The notes: a model not told the origin generated them from the sequence alone. Counted from the stretch's first letter, positions 36,597-50,526 are shown. The stretch: 64,000 bases of DNA from Phallusia mammillata (GCA_965637545.1 OZ281496.1:8494001-8558000); one strand, 5' to 3'. A program made the numbers and translations.

Positions 36597-37975
36597 ATGA
36601 ACAACCGCTCCGCATTAAAAAGGGCTCGAGTAGTCCGATTACTCGCCATTCATCGCCTTTCTAGTCAGAGCAGAACAGGAAGAAGCATCTGGGTGAAACC
36701 TACCAGACAACGACGACCTGTTTTAAGTAAGTGTAGGTTGCAAAACGCACTTTAAGAAAAAATAGCATGACTGACGTTCAATCCTTTCAGGTAAATATTA
36801 TCGCCTGGTTCAGGAACTGCGACTTGAACAGGTTGCGGAGTTCCAATCTTACTTTGGAATGTCGCCCGCAACTTTCGACCAGTTGCTTTCGTTGGTCGGG
36901 CCTCTCGTTTCGAGACAAACAACGAATTTGCGGAGTCCTATTTTACCCGGTGAACGACTTGCAGTAACTTTAAGGTTAGTTATAAGTTGTGTTTTCTTGC
37001 ACTTGATTTCAACAGTAATATTTATGTTTTTCCAGGTATTTAATCGGTGGGATGACGTACGAGAGTTTATCACATGCTTATCGTATGTCAAGAGCTTCGG
37101 TATGCTTGATAATACCTGAAACTTGCCAAGCCATTTGGCAAGTTTGGCAGCCAAACCACCTGGTAAAACCGAATGAAGATGATTTCAAGCGAATAGCCTC
37201 TGATTTTCGCAGGTTATGGCATTTTCCTAACTGCCTTGGTAGTATGGATGGTAAACACATCCAAGTACAGGCTCCTTCCAATTCGGGTTCCCTGTACTAT
37301 AACTACAAGGGCACGTTTAGTATTGTTTTGTTCGCAGTAGTTGATGCTAACTATCGTTTTACGATGGTTGACATCGGGGTATACCGCAAACAAAGCGATG
37401 GCAGCATTTACAGCAATTCTGCATTTGGAAGGCAGTTATCAAGCCACCAATTACCGGTTCCTCCACCACAACCCTTGCCTGGATCATCGGAGGCCCTGCC
37501 ATGCGTTTTTGTTGGGGACGAAGCGTTTCCGTTACAGGAAAACTTGCTTCGTCCTTACCCAGGGAGGCAATTATCCCACCGCCAACGGGTGTTTAATTAC
37601 CGGCTTTCTAGAGCCAGGCGCATCGTAGAAAACGTATTTGGTATAACGGTTTCCCGCTTCCGGGTGTTTCGCGGGCCGATTTGTTTGGCACCAGAAAGGG
37701 TGGATAATGTGGTAAAGGCGTGCGTCGTTCTTCACAACTTCCTTCGCCATGAAAGCATGTACGTTGGACCGAGTGATCTCGACCACGAAGACAGAAGTGG
37801 CGAATTACATCCAGGCAGTTGGCGCGACGAGCAAGAAAATAGTCTGGGGTGCATTCAAAGGGTTGGGCGACGTCATAGTACGCAAGCATTTGAAGTGAGG
37901 GAAAAGTTTGCCGAATACTTCTGCAGCGAAACAGGATCTGTGTCTTGGCAGAATGCCATTATTTCAAGGTGTTAG
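36597..37975 (+). CDS. Harbinger DDE transposase, 417 aa; exons 36597-36726, 36791-36974, 37036-37975
   Basis: GT-AG introns of 64 and 61 nt join in frame; motifs CLGSMDGKHI, FVGDEAFPL and RRIVENVFG. Confidence 0.9.
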
Positions 37976-38221
37976 TTAGTTTGCATGTAAACGGCTCTTT
38001 TTAGAGCCATGTTTGTCCTGTAACTGTATGTCTATGTGTCTGTTTGTGGGAAAGTTGATGGCAACCTTCACGTGGTCTTTCCTGTTACAGTGTGAAAACA
38101 CGAACCATTGCCATCTTAGATTAACTTCATGTTTATTTAAAACAACAATAAAAAATAAATTCGAAAACTAAAATATATTGTGAAACAAAGCACTGTCCTG
38201 CTGTAGTAAAGATTTCACTTT

Positions 38222-39070
38222 TCAGACTCCAATTTTTTTTTCGATGTCCAACATCAGCGTTCTAATTTTTAATTTAAACTCGCATTTCACTACAGTAGGC
38301 CAGTGCTTTGTTTCACCAGCCACTCCAAGAAAAAACAGCTCTTCAGGGTCTTGTGTCTCCTCTGAAAAACAAAACAAAAACACTACATAAAAGGTCTGGT
38401 TTTAGAAATTTCAGGTACAAACTGTGTTAGCATGTACACATTAAAACTTACTTCTAATTTTGAGTTCTAAACAAAATGCATACAAAAAGGAAACTGTGGG
38501 TAAAATTATTGACTACTATTACCTGTTGTTTTTTGTAAGGCATGTAACAATGCCAGATCCATGTCCGGTTTCCTTTTTTTCGACTTTCCTTGGTTCTGGT
38601 GTTGACTGGTAGGGTTTGTGGGTTCTGGTGTTGAATGTGTTTCTGGTGTAGAAACGGTTTCTGGGAAACAAACCGATTCCACACCAGAAACATCACTCTC
38701 ACAGAGCGAGTTCTCCTCCAACACAATGTTGTAGTTTGATGATGTACTAAACAAATAAAAGCACCAGCAAGGAGGGTTAAGAAATATATCCACAATTAAT
38801 CGTGCAATTATAAATCTTTTAATATAATTTGTAACAGTGTGCACTGTCTTTGGGTGCATGAGAAGTTCAGTTATATATAGCTAAGTGAGATCTAGACATA
38901 TACTCTCACCCCCTGGGCTCCATTTGTTTTTCTAAAAACTGCATCACAGGGTACAATGACCACTGCGATGCAGTTAGGGCTTCTGAGCCGGACTTTTTCA
39001 GAGATTTTTTTTTTCTCCCTGGTAAACTTGTCCCGCAGGGACTTCCACCTTTTTTTCATTTCATCACATG
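38222..39070 (-). CDS. MADF-BESS accessory protein of the Harbinger element (5' exon not identified; one +1 frameshift near 38996-39014)
   Basis: MKKRWKSLRDKFTREKKK...WSLYPVMQFL (MADF). Exons ~39070-38912, 38746-38523, 38361-38222; last exon DPEELFFLGVA..KCEFKLKIRTLMLDIE is BESS-like. Confidence 0.7.
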
Positions 39071-39154
39071 GTTGAAATTCAAGTTAGTGCCTATGTATTA
39101 AAGTTCAAAGGCATGCCATAGCTATACTGAAATGCTATGAATATGTTAGCATAC

Positions 39155-39365
39155 AATACAGCCAAATTTGGGAATCCAAACAACCAAGACAGGCCATACA
39201 GGAATCAAGGATATGCACTGCATAAAATTAAAACAAGTTTTCCTGAATGACAGTAAAATTTGGGAATCCAAATAGCCAAGACATGGAAAATCCCCACAGG
39301 CCATACAGGAATCGAGGATATGCTCTGCTTAAAAATTAATACAAGTTTTCCTGAATAACAGTAAA
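39155..39365 (+). repeat. Two ~100-bp tandem units
   Basis: aaatttgggaatccaaa...caggccatacaggaatc...aagttttcctgaat occurs twice. Confidence 0.8.
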
Positions 39366-41281
39366 GTATACTACATTATACACACATACAATCACATCCT
39401 TATCAGTATTTTATTACCTGGCCTATACATAATAAGGGGAAATTTTGTCTTGGCAACTGATACATAATTATTAATTTGGGTTTAGAGGTCATTAGTTTGT
39501 GTTGTCCTGGCGTCCGATGGTCTATAGATAATAAAGGGTTAATTTATGAGAAAGTTGAACGATTGATGATGCTAAAATATAAAATCCTCATATGAAAACA
39601 TTCAACATGTATATTTCTATTTATCACAATTTTTAATGAGTTTCTCTGAGTTGAAAATACATGCTGTAACAGCATATAATCATTGATGCAATTAAACCTG
39701 ATAAAGAAAAAAATGGCAATGAATTCAAAATTTGCTGCAAAAGTTTGAGCAGCTTTTTTGTGTCACTTAAATTCAATGAAGGTATGATTCTCTTGACTTG
39801 CAACTGATGACATAATATAAAGTTTCCCCACATTTTTCTGCCTTTAAACTTCAAATTGTTGAGTTAGCCTATTCAAAGTTTGTTTTACATACCTTGTATC
39901 AGCATTTTTTTATACCAAAGTGATCTTTTAATACCTTATAATGTCATTAAACAGAGATCAAAAATACAAAATCTAGTCTATAATAGGCTATTCTCTAAAA
40001 TTTTCATTCCACTGTAAAATAATAAGTAACATATTTTTGAACAGACTGCATATTCTAAAATCTAGAGTATAGGTCGTTGGAATGGACTGGACTGATGTGA
40101 ACACTGGACATATTATACAATGATAGTCGAACCTTTAGTTTCACAAATTTCACACGTATGTGGTCTACTTTTGTCCTAGTATTACGAAAAGTATGTTTTA
40201 ATCTTTCAGAGAAAAGGGGTTTCGTTGTGGCTTGTTTAAATTTATTTATTCAGGATGATTCTATATCTTTCAATTTCTTGGTTTTGATTTTTTTTACAGT
40301 AATATTTCTAGATTCAATTTACTGATATTGTTTCCATTGTTGTTCGTTGCATAAACAAACAACTTTTTTTTGTGTTGTCTGTTGAAAAATCGAGGCTTGT
40401 TTCTTCGATTACCGCAATCTGTAAGGTAAAATACAAAATTAATATCGTGGAAATGTGCAAACCACTGGTTCTCTCAAAGAGAAGTATGGCAGTGCTGTAA
40501 GAAGAAGCATACGATACGATGATACGTAAGTTAAATGGTCACATTAGATACTTTGGTAAGCATACTGCAGCTTTGAAATTGACTGAAACTTCCATTTGCA
40601 ACTCTTTTTTGCAATGCATTTGTACTAAATCGGAGGATCAGTTCAATAAACGGGTACGAATAGCGTTCACTGTAGAACCATAAAACTATGTGCCAATATG
40701 TTCATTGTATCATGGTGCATGGTGACAATTTTTTTTGTAGGATTGTCTTGCAGAAAAGTAAGTCTTTCGTGTGTGGTGTTGTGTTTAGAAATTGGTTATT
40801 CGGGTAAGAAATACATCATTTGCTGAAATTGTACAGTTGTTTGTGAGAAGTTTCTTTGTCGTTGTTTAAATGTTAGCCTGATTGGCCCAGTGATTACCTG
40901 AACAGTCCGAATATGTTTAAAGGTGTCAATGTGCTTAACACTTTTCCCATTGGGTTTAAGTGATTGGTTCACAATAAGAAATGGCTTTAGTCTTGACAAG
41001 ACATATCACAGTAATTATCTTTTTTTAAAAACTCTTAGTTTTTTGGTAAATAACTCTGACATTATTGCTTTTACTCAGATGTATCAGGCTATAAAAGGTA
41101 ATAATTTTATTTTATTGTTGGTCTTGCCAAAGAAACTGTAGGTGTTGTTGTTATTTGCCATATGTGTTTACAGTTTTCGTGGAGATCTTCATATTTTACC
41201 ACTTGCAAATGATTAACATTTCAGGCAAAACTAGCTTTCCCACCAAACTGAGCTACTTTGCTTGCTAATATTGCTTTAAAC

Positions 41282-41960
41282 CAGTGGTTCCCAACCTTTT
41301 TTGTTACATTTCTCCCTTTGCCCATTTTCGAACTATTCATTCCTCCCCATAAGAAGGAAAACAAATACAACATAAAAATTTATAGGAATTTGAAATAGAC
41401 CTTATAATTAAGGATGTCCATTTTAGAATCGTTTACAACCGGTTCCAAATGTGAACCGGATCAAAATTATAATGGACATCCCTAATGTCGTATTTACTCG
41501 ATTGTAAGCTGCCCTCGGTTTGAAAAATAATAATAATGTAAACCGCCCTCGAATGTAAGCCTCACGCTGGAATTTTTGATACTATTGTTTCTCAATACAT
41601 CTTTCTGTTGTTATATGCTATGGTATAACTAGTTGCCCGTATCCGTTAGTTACGTTGATAACTGTACCCAACGGAACGTTTGTTGACGTATAATCTGTAC
41701 ATGCATACATGATTTGAACCCCAAATAATTTAAAATGTTGGAGTGAAGAAATAATTTCAGTATAAAATTAAAATATAAGCCGCCCTCGATTATAAGCCGC
41801 ACAAACGACAGCTAAAAAAAAAACAATATAAGCCGCGGCTTACAATTGGGTAAATACGGTACAAAAATATTCTGTAATATTTCCAATGTAATTTTTTTTA
41901 CAGTTTTTATGAAACTTCTCCCCTGAACTCATAAAATTCCTCCCCGGTTGGGAACCACTG
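41282..41960. mobile_element. hAT MITE containing nested elements
   Basis: TIRs cagtggttcccaacc / ggttgggaaccactg; TSD CTTTAAAC. Nested: TIR element 41409-41484 (taaggatgtccatt/aatggacatccct) and a pogo/Tigger-like element 41488-41859 (cgtatttac...taaatacgg). Confidence 0.88.
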
Positions 41961-42240
41961 CTTTAAACTTTAGCTTTTGAATTGGAGTAAAAATAAAATG
42001 ATCCACATTAAGATAAAAAAAAGCTGTTGTATGTGCAATAAAACAAAAACCACAAGTCCAATAAGAAATGAAAATGGCCTTAAAGTCATGAAAAGTGATA
42101 ATGCAATGTTTCAACAACAAATTTGACAACCTGTGTACAACTGCTGAAAATAAAAAGTGGTGGTATGGACAAGTTGGTATCATATTTCACTACAAAGCCA
42201 CTCCGAGTCCATTAGGTCGTGTTTTTTTTATCTTCTAAAT

Positions 42241-44858
42241 CAGGGGTGTGCAACCTTTTTCGTCGGTGGGCCATATAAACAATTTCGGACATCAAGCGCG
42301 GGCCACTCTTTTTTCCTATACCGTATTTACACGTTTTTTACCCCACTATTGGCGCGGCTTGCATTGTAGTATCATGTCGATATTATTTCCCCACGCCTGC
42401 GCTTTGTTTTATTTTGCGTTTTAATTTTCTTTCATGTTGGCTTTTGCACTTCAACAAACACTCCATCGCGTAGAGCTATTTGTGTGACTAGAACAGCTGT
42501 TGACAAATAGGTGCACTATGTAGCAAAAAAACGAAGTTTTATTATACAACAGTATCTAACATTGTTGTATAGGGCTTGCAATCGTGTAAGTACGATACAC
42601 AATAAATTTGAATATTCTTATGACACACAATTTTAGTGGGACACTTGAAGTTGAGAGTCCTTACACAGCTTGTCAATGCGGGCTTTGACAGAAGTGGTAG
42701 CTACCCTTAACTGACTAACTAAATTTTCATCAGTCAGCTGACTTCTACATCTTGTTTTGGTGAGCTTCATTTTAGAGAAAAATTGCTCACAGCAATAGGT
42801 GCTACCAAAAAGGGAAGTCATTCGTCTTGCATGTCGGGACAAATTGGGAAACTTTTCACACATGTATAGTTTGTAAAAGTCTACCAAACTTTTTTCAGAA
42901 TATTTTCTCTTTGTGTCCATGTCAGCCTGCAGTTCAATGAGTTCCATTTGGTAATCGTCAGGACTGTCTTCCACTAGGAAATCAAAAGGTTGAGCAAACA
43001 ATTTCAGTTTCATTTCATTTTGTCTAAAATCTGGAAATCTGTTTCCAAACTCATCACGCAGCTTCTGTACACTTGCTACATAGTTAGCGCAATCCAGATC
43101 AGGAAATTCTCGTTTCCTGGTTGCAAGACACGTGAAATGGATCAACGTAGCTCTACTCAACTGAAATTGGAAAAGTTTTAATTTATTCTCAAAAGCACTG
43201 ATATGCTCAAACAGCTTATTCACAAGCTGACTTTTTCCTTGTAATTTCAAGTTCAGGTCAGAGAGATGCTGTGTTATATCTGTGAGGAAGGCTAAATCAT
43301 TCAACCAGTTGTCATCACTCAAAAACGCCACATTCTGATGTTTGCTTTCCATGAAAAACTTAATCTCCTCTCGTAGATTCCAGAACCTCTTTAAGAGTGG
43401 CAGCTCTACTAAGCCAACGTATTGCAGAGAAGTACACAACATCAGCATACTCACTGTCCATGTCATGCAGAAAAGCTTTAAATTGCCGATGGTTTAAACC
43501 TCGTGCTCGAACGTAATTTACACACTGGACAACACTTTTCATGACGTCTACAAAATCAAGAACTTCGGTACACAAGTTCTCTTGGTGAATAATGCAGTGG
43601 CTCACAACTACGTCCTGTGCTTCAACTGCATTGAGAAATTTTGTGGTGAATCCATTTGTTTTACCTTTCATGGAAGGAGCACCATCTGTTGTAATACCAC
43701 ACAAGTTAGCAGGATCCAGTTCGAACTTTTTCACTACCTTAAGCACCTGTTCACAGATATCCTGTCCTGTGGTTGTCGAATATAGACTTCCCATATCTAA
43801 AAATTCTTCGACAATATCAAAGTCAGCAGTAACAGCTCTGATGAAAATGACGAGTTGGGCTGTGTCACTAATGTCAGTGCTCTCATCTAAAGCCAGACTG
43901 AAAGCTATACATGATTTTAGTCTCTCTTTTAAAGTCTCTTTAATATCATTTGAAAGACAATTTGTTCTGCGCGAGACAGTAAAGCGAGAAAGGCTAGTTT
44001 GTTTTACCAACTGAGTTTTCTCTGGACATGCATATTCTGCGAATATTGTCAAACAATGTTTAATAAATTCTCCGTCACTGAAAGGCTTTCCTTTTTCGGC
44101 CATACTTTCACAAATCTTAAAACTGAGTTTTGTCACCAGTTCTGTGTCTTTCTTGTAAGTGGTGAAAACATGTTGTTGTTTTTTCAAAGAATTTTTTAAA
44201 TGTTCTATTTTGTCCACTCGTACCTGACCAACCATTCCATCATACTGGGAGGAGTGCTTACTCAAATAATGTCGTTTAATATTATACTCTTTCATGACAG
44301 CAATTGTATTTTGGCAGACGAGACAGACAACACCTTCGTTAAGTGGCTCAACAAGATATTTTGTGCACCATTCGCTGTTGAATAACCTTCCTTCGCCATC
44401 AATTTTTCGTTTCCTAGCTGTTAACATTTCGCAAACCCTGACACTCCTAAAATACCCTTTCAGTCTGCTGTCGCAGATATATAACTTAAGAAAACATTCC
44501 GCACCAAGCTTGCCAAGTCAACTTTAAAATGTGAGGTGCAAGTAAGTTTCGTCCCAACACTGCCTTTCACAACAAAGTAATTGTTTACTACACAAAGAGG
44601 AATATTACGTCACATTCGGTTTAGATACGCAACAAGCAACTAATGCGAATAGAAGACTAAAGGTCTGGGTGAATTAAGTTCAATGCGCTGGTTTAGCTTA
44701 TTCTTGTTACGTATAGCAACTTAGGAGATTTACCGAAAACTAGCCAGGATTTTTTGCTAAAATGTGCATTTTTACTTGCTCTGAATTTAGAATGTTGTTG
44801 CGGGCCACACTAAATGGCTTGGCGGGCCGGATTGTGGCCCGCGGGTTGCACACCCCTG
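42241..44858 (-). mobile_element. Full-length hAT Buster/SPIN-like transposon, 2618 bp
   Basis: Perfect 15-bp TIRs CAGGGGTGTGCAACC; TSD TTCTAAAT. Confidence 0.96.
42633..44427 (-). CDS. SPIN/GTF2IRD2-like transposase; one +1 frameshift at 43390-43392
   Basis: RKRKIDGEGRLFNSEW, SLALDESTD, TTDGAPSM, HCIIHQENL, IRWLSR, FGSTYCCEQFFS. Confidence 0.9.
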
Positions 44859-45229
44859 TTCTAAATAATCAGTATGAGTCAACCCATCTAGAAAAAAAGA
44901 AATGCAACCAAACCGTGTGATTAGTGCACAGATGGAAATATACATTTTTATCTGGGATGTCCATTTCCAAATCACACAGATTTTTTCCTGTTGTAAAACA
45001 TTTAGGTTTGCCAACAGGCATACTGGTCAATCTAAATTGTATGCAAGGATTTTTAGATTTGTTGTTACCTCATTTTTCACAAAAAATACTTAACAACACT
45101 AGTTTTGCAGTTCCGTTAAACTTTATGATTACTTTTAACACTCCCTTGTAGACTTCTGTTGTATGGAGACATGCTTTGTTCATGATACAGTTAAGCAATT
45201 GCTTTGGTCATTGTGAGAGGGGGCTGCAT

Positions 45230-45950
45230 CTGACATATTAGATCAGAGGGTGTTGAACTTGCAAATTAGGCTCAACAGATAATACTTAGCGGCTGTTGAG
45301 GCCTGCTTTTGATAAAATTGATGCACTTTACTACTGTTGACATGATATTACGGAGTTGAACTGACTTTGCACATAAGTTTTGTTGATGTATGATGCAATA
45401 GCATAAAACTAAGGCATCTGCAGCAAGACCGCGACGAGTCATTTCTTTTTAACTAGTCGTGTTAATCCTTTTGTGAACCAACCATGGCTGGAGCACCATC
45501 TGTAGTAAGTCCACTTACTTTTACAAACGAAACATTAAATTTTCGCATTGCCAAGTAGAGTTTTTCAAACGAACTACACCACGCGTAGTTTCATGCATGG
45601 GTTCCAATGGCAACAATACCCTCGTATATTTTAAAATCGTATGTTACCCCTCACATAAAGATTGCTAGCTGAGCTGTGTTTGTAGTCTCATCAAGGGGCA
45701 GGGCAAAAAACTCGAATCATAGAACTTTATCTGTCAGTGTTTTTTCAATATCATCTCACATGTCCCAAATCCAATCTGAGACGGTTCTTCTTGATGGACT
45801 AATTTTTTGAAACAATGCGACTTTGCATGGCTTTGCAATTAGGTTGCTTATTTTGTAACTTGTTTGATTGACATCGTTATCGTTTTTGCAGTATCTTCGC
45901 AAAGTAGTTTGCTGTGCTATTAACTCTCCTTTGAGAATAATAATCTTATC
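45230..45950 (-). mobile_element. Decayed Buster-type transposase fragment
   Basis: Minus-strand remnants LDETTNTAQLAI and GLTTDGAPAMVG. Confidence 0.65.
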
Positions 45951-46834
45951 CTGCCGAGCCTGACCTGTTAACTTTTTCAGATTACCGTAGCAGGATGAAG
46001 CTCCAGATTAGCTCCAGACTGGTCGATCTCGGACTGATCTCAAGTCGATCGCGAGGGTTGCAAAAAATTATTTAAAATAGTTGCTTTGTAACGCGTTGCT
46101 GTACGTAGATGACTTTATAATCATAAGGACATGTTAATAAGTTCATAAGTAGGCGCTTTGTTACGTTACAAAAGTAATAGTTGCAATAGTAGTTGTTACT
46201 TTGTTCTGTTACTCGCTATGTCTTTGCTAATTTGCATTGGAATGGTAGATCTCGAGAGTTGAACTACCTCAAAAGTCGATCGCAGGTCAAAAAAGGTTGG
46301 GTACTCCTGCTGTACAGTCAGCTAATAGCTCTGAAACAGTGCGCAACGGAGTATAGGCGTTTGCGGCGACAATAATTGCTGAGTCAGCATGTTGCAAATT
46401 GCTGTATTATTGTCACCATAAAAGCCTATTTCTGCTCCGTTGCGCCACCCAGCGGAAATTCCCAAACCTGACTACTGTCAGTTCTAACGTTAGTAGTTCT
46501 ACCATCGCACATCGAGCTGTTTCCACCGGTTATTAGCTTTAATGAAGTCTACACAACGGGACTGTTATGACGCAAACTTGCAATTGAAATTGTTTTTATG
46601 CATGTTATGTTTGTTTTTGCGTATTGTGGAAGTTTGCACTTCACCTCACATTGACAAGCATTATTTTATCCTATTGTGCTGTGTCAACTAATAACGTTAC
46701 TTGTAAGTGTGCTAATGTGTGGTAGTCACTTAAGCAGATGATTTGCTGCAGTTGTTTTGCCAGGCAGCTGACCACCGGCGTTTACCCAAAAGCTTTGTGA
46801 ATGTAACCACAGCATTTGTTACAAAAAAGACTGC

Positions 46835-47070
46835 ACTCTTGAAGCGGATTTCCTAACAAGTTTCGTGCAGTCAAACATAGCACTTGTTGCATGCACGTCT
46901 TTGCACTCTTTAAGTGGTTTTCCTAACAAGCTTCATAAAGATAGCACTTGGTAAATACACAGCGTTGGACTTCAAAACGGGTTTCTAACGAGCTTTGCGC
47001 AGTCAATCATAGCGCTTGTTATATGCACGGCTTTTAAACCTTTAAGTGTGTTGTCTAATAAGGTTGTGCA
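46835..47070 (+). repeat. Degenerate ~60-70-bp tandem repeat
   Basis: Recurring ttcctaacaag...gcagtcaa.catagc.cttgtt..atgcacg units. Confidence 0.55.
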
Positions 47071-48069
47071 GCACTTAAAGACTTTGAACGCTGAAAGTAA
47101 ATTTTGTTTAATGAGTTTTGTGTAATAAACGATAGCTATTTATAAACAAAACCAAAAATGCATAGTTGAAAACTACTAAAATTAACGAGACTATTTTGAA
47201 AGATTGCATTCGTTCGTTTTAGTAGAAAATCGCTTTGTGCTATTTCAGACGTGAGCGACAATTTTTCATACTAACAAAAACCAATGCACGTTTCTGTTTA
47301 ACTGTCCTTTGTGTAACTAAAGTTTCGCATGAAAATTTCCCGTTTTCTTGTTTCGGCAGAAACTGATTATCACAGACAAGTAACAACAGCGTGTTATGAA
47401 TAGCTGAAATATAATCCCATCCTGAAATATAATCCCACCCGTTGTTTATCAGCTCGGCCCATTGTAAGATTTTACTTCCTTTTTAATAAACAATGCCACT
47501 GAAAACCCTTGCTTATGCACGAACTATTCTTTATTCCATTGTATGACACTTTCTTATTATTTGCAGGGAATTTTGTGCTTTATACTTTTGCACCCTTAAG
47601 GGAATTTTGTCATGTAATTTTAAACTTTCCCACTTCCTTGTAGAGAAACCATTGTACTGTTTGTGTTATAAAAACCCTGGCTTTTTTCTGGGGTGGTGAT
47701 TAGAGTTGTCAGACAGATCGAATTCTAGTTGCTAGGAAAAAAATTACTCCTTTACGGCTATTGTCACTTTCTTTAGAAATTTGCAGTCTTGTACTGATTG
47801 CGTCAAAGTTGTGAGTCGGGCCAGGCTATTGGGGTCAGGATCTAAATTCGCTTGGTAAAGGTACTAACACCATACCTCATGACAGGCCCACATTTAGCTA
47901 TATTCTGAAAGTTGGCGCAAAAAGCTGAATTACTAATTTGACAGCTAAAGAGAGGGTAGGGGAATGTATACATTGTACTTCATTGAATTAATTTTCGGCC
48001 CTCACATATATAAGCTATTGCTGCCAGGCATAATATCAAGTTTAAAGCTCTTCTGGCCAGTATTTTTAT

Positions 48070-48112
48070 TTCGACGTTTCGACGTCCTATACAGTTCGTC
48101 TTCGTCAGGGTA
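48070..48112 (-). ncRNA. Degenerate hammerhead motif of the 10558 family
   Basis: Reverse complement reads cc-CTGACGA-agacgaactgtataggacgtc-GAAACGTC-gaaa; stems I and II are eroded. Confidence 0.5.
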
Positions 48113-49872
48113 AAAACTGAAAAAACAACGTAAACTGAATAAAGACAAATTACTTTTGTATTTAACTAAACACAAAAATGTGCTCTAACAGCCAGGAAGT
48201 CTCGTAGTTTTTTGCTGCCAAACCAAACTAACCAACTTGGAATGAATGAAACCTCTGTTATGAGCATCACAGCATATACAAAGCCATACTTCCTTCATCA
48301 CAAAAACATCTGTATACTCTTAATTATTGTGAAGTGTAGTGTTATGACAATTAACTAAAACTCTGAAGTGAAACTTTGCGACGCTTGTGCACAAGAGTTA
48401 CGTCAGAGACACATATGCCAGTGTGTATTGTTTCGATTCGAAACAGAAATTTAGATTGATCAAGATATAATTTGGAGAGTCAAATCGCTTGTTATATGGT
48501 ATCGGATCAGGTTTTTTTAAAAAACAAACAAGACCTCCTAAAAGAGATTAATGACGGGTTATTTCCTGCGTTTGCCAAACGACGCGAGTTATACATGAAT
48601 GCATGCAAGGCGAAATCACCCTAAGAATTACGGCGCAAGTTATTTATTGTTAACAGGCCATAAAACGCTGCAAGCTGAACATTTTATGGTGCTTCAAATT
48701 TTGTCTTCAATCATACATAGCTAGTTTGTCAAATACGTTCAAGTGATCAAACTTGGCGATCTGATTGGTCGAGATGTCATTTGTAACAATTACATGGCGT
48801 GGCTAAAAGCAAATTTCCTCTTTAAACATTTCACATTGAATCTGAATTAGATTTGAGAAAATTGCTGAAAAAATTTAGTGTGGGTGGTCTTGAGTATAAA
48901 AACTATATGATCGTTAAAATTGGAATTTATGTACATCATATTGCACCACTATGACGCTGATTTAGCGAAAAACATGAGGGTAGTATTTTGCAACAAAACG
49001 CTACGGCCGAGCGAAGGAATTAGTAACACTTTTGTTTTACTCCAGATCTTTACTTTCTCCAGTTTAAATGCATCCACACAAAAAGGAACTACTGCTGAGA
49101 TTGTGAAGCACAGTGTGTTTTTCGTCAGTTAAGAAGCATCGCCGTTCTGCATGATCTCCTGCTGGATAAAGGGCTTTTAATTCCCGTCGATTTTCTAATT
49201 TTGTCACTATGTAATTTTCTTTAAAAGACTGTATAAGTTCCGTGTAGATTCTTTGTGTTCCATTATGACCATTATAATAATCAGGAAATGCTTTATTACG
49301 TCATTACACAGAAGATAACTTAATGCAAGTGACACCACACCGCGTGGGCAAACGTCAAAACACCACAACACTTGTAGTAGGTGTCAGTGTTTTGTAACAA
49401 GATTTTTTGTGGATGGAAACCGAACAGACCAGCTAGCTAAGACCCTCTCACTTTGCCTAAAGTTAGTTTATACTGTAGTGATTATAAAAAAAAACATGGA
49501 AAAGGTTGAAAACTACTGGTGTAGATAATAAATAGAATTTGTAAAAAAATGGATTGAAAACTGATTTCCAAAACGCAAACCGGGGCGGACCGGATATTTT
49601 GCGCAAACCGTAACCCGAAACAGGCAAAATCAATCCAGACGTTTGTGTGTAAAAGGAAGTATGGCTTTATATACGCTGTGATGTTCATAACATTGGTTAC
49701 ATTCATTCCAACGTAAGTTAGTTTGTGCAGAAACCAAGCTTGGTTTTGTCGCAATAAACCTTTATGACTTTGAAGGCACCTTTTTTGTGCTACAAAATGA
49801 AAGGGCGTAACTAATGTCCGATATTTGATGGGGAAGTCGGACGCAAAATGTCGCGGAAAACTGGGCTCAGGC

Positions 49873-50526
49873 TAAACTGGACAACAGAGTCACCACTCAT
49901 ATCAGGAATACGGCTGTTCACAAACACGAATGCAAGAGCATTGCACGCGTGTTAAGGAATAACGGTTTCCCACGTAACTTGCACCACATGATACATAACA
50001 CAACCACCTCACAAAACAGACAGTTTAAATCGTTCACTTGCCTACCATACGTCCAGGGTGTATCAGAGCGCCGCAAACGAATCTTGAACGACGCTGGGTA
50101 AAAGTGGCAATAAAACCTTTCAAAACAATTGGACAGCTGCTACCAAAACCTAAAGATGCCAGCACTATACCACAACATCGTACAGGAGTTGTTTACCAGG
50201 TCCCTTGTCGTGATTGTAATATGGTATACATTGGCCAAACTAAGCGAAATCTAAATTCACGCCTCAAGGAACACAAAGTGGCAGTCAAAAACACGGACGT
50301 CAACAAGTCCGCCTTATGCAAACATGTTTTGGAATGTGATCACCGCATTAATTGGAACGATGCCCAAATTTTGAAACAAGAACCGAATTGGTCGAAAAGA
50401 TTGGTCTTCGAAAGTTGCCTCATAAATTCTAATTCAAATGTTTTAAAACCCAACGATTGCAAAAGCCTGAGCCCAGTTTTCCGCGACATTTTGCGTCCGG
50501 CTTCCCCATCAAATATCGGACATTAG
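49873..50526 (+). pseudogene. PLE RT C-terminus and GIY-YIG endonuclease (frameshifted)
   Basis: GVVYQVPCRDCNMVYIGQTKRNLNSRLKEH...LCKHVLECDHRINW...LVFESCLI. Confidence 0.9.

Larger units (their letters stand above)
36330..39080. mobile_element. PIF/Harbinger transposon (two convergent genes); right end not found
   Basis: Candidate left TIR aggcccgtttgcac after TAA; transposase (+) and MADF gene (-). Confidence 0.8.
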
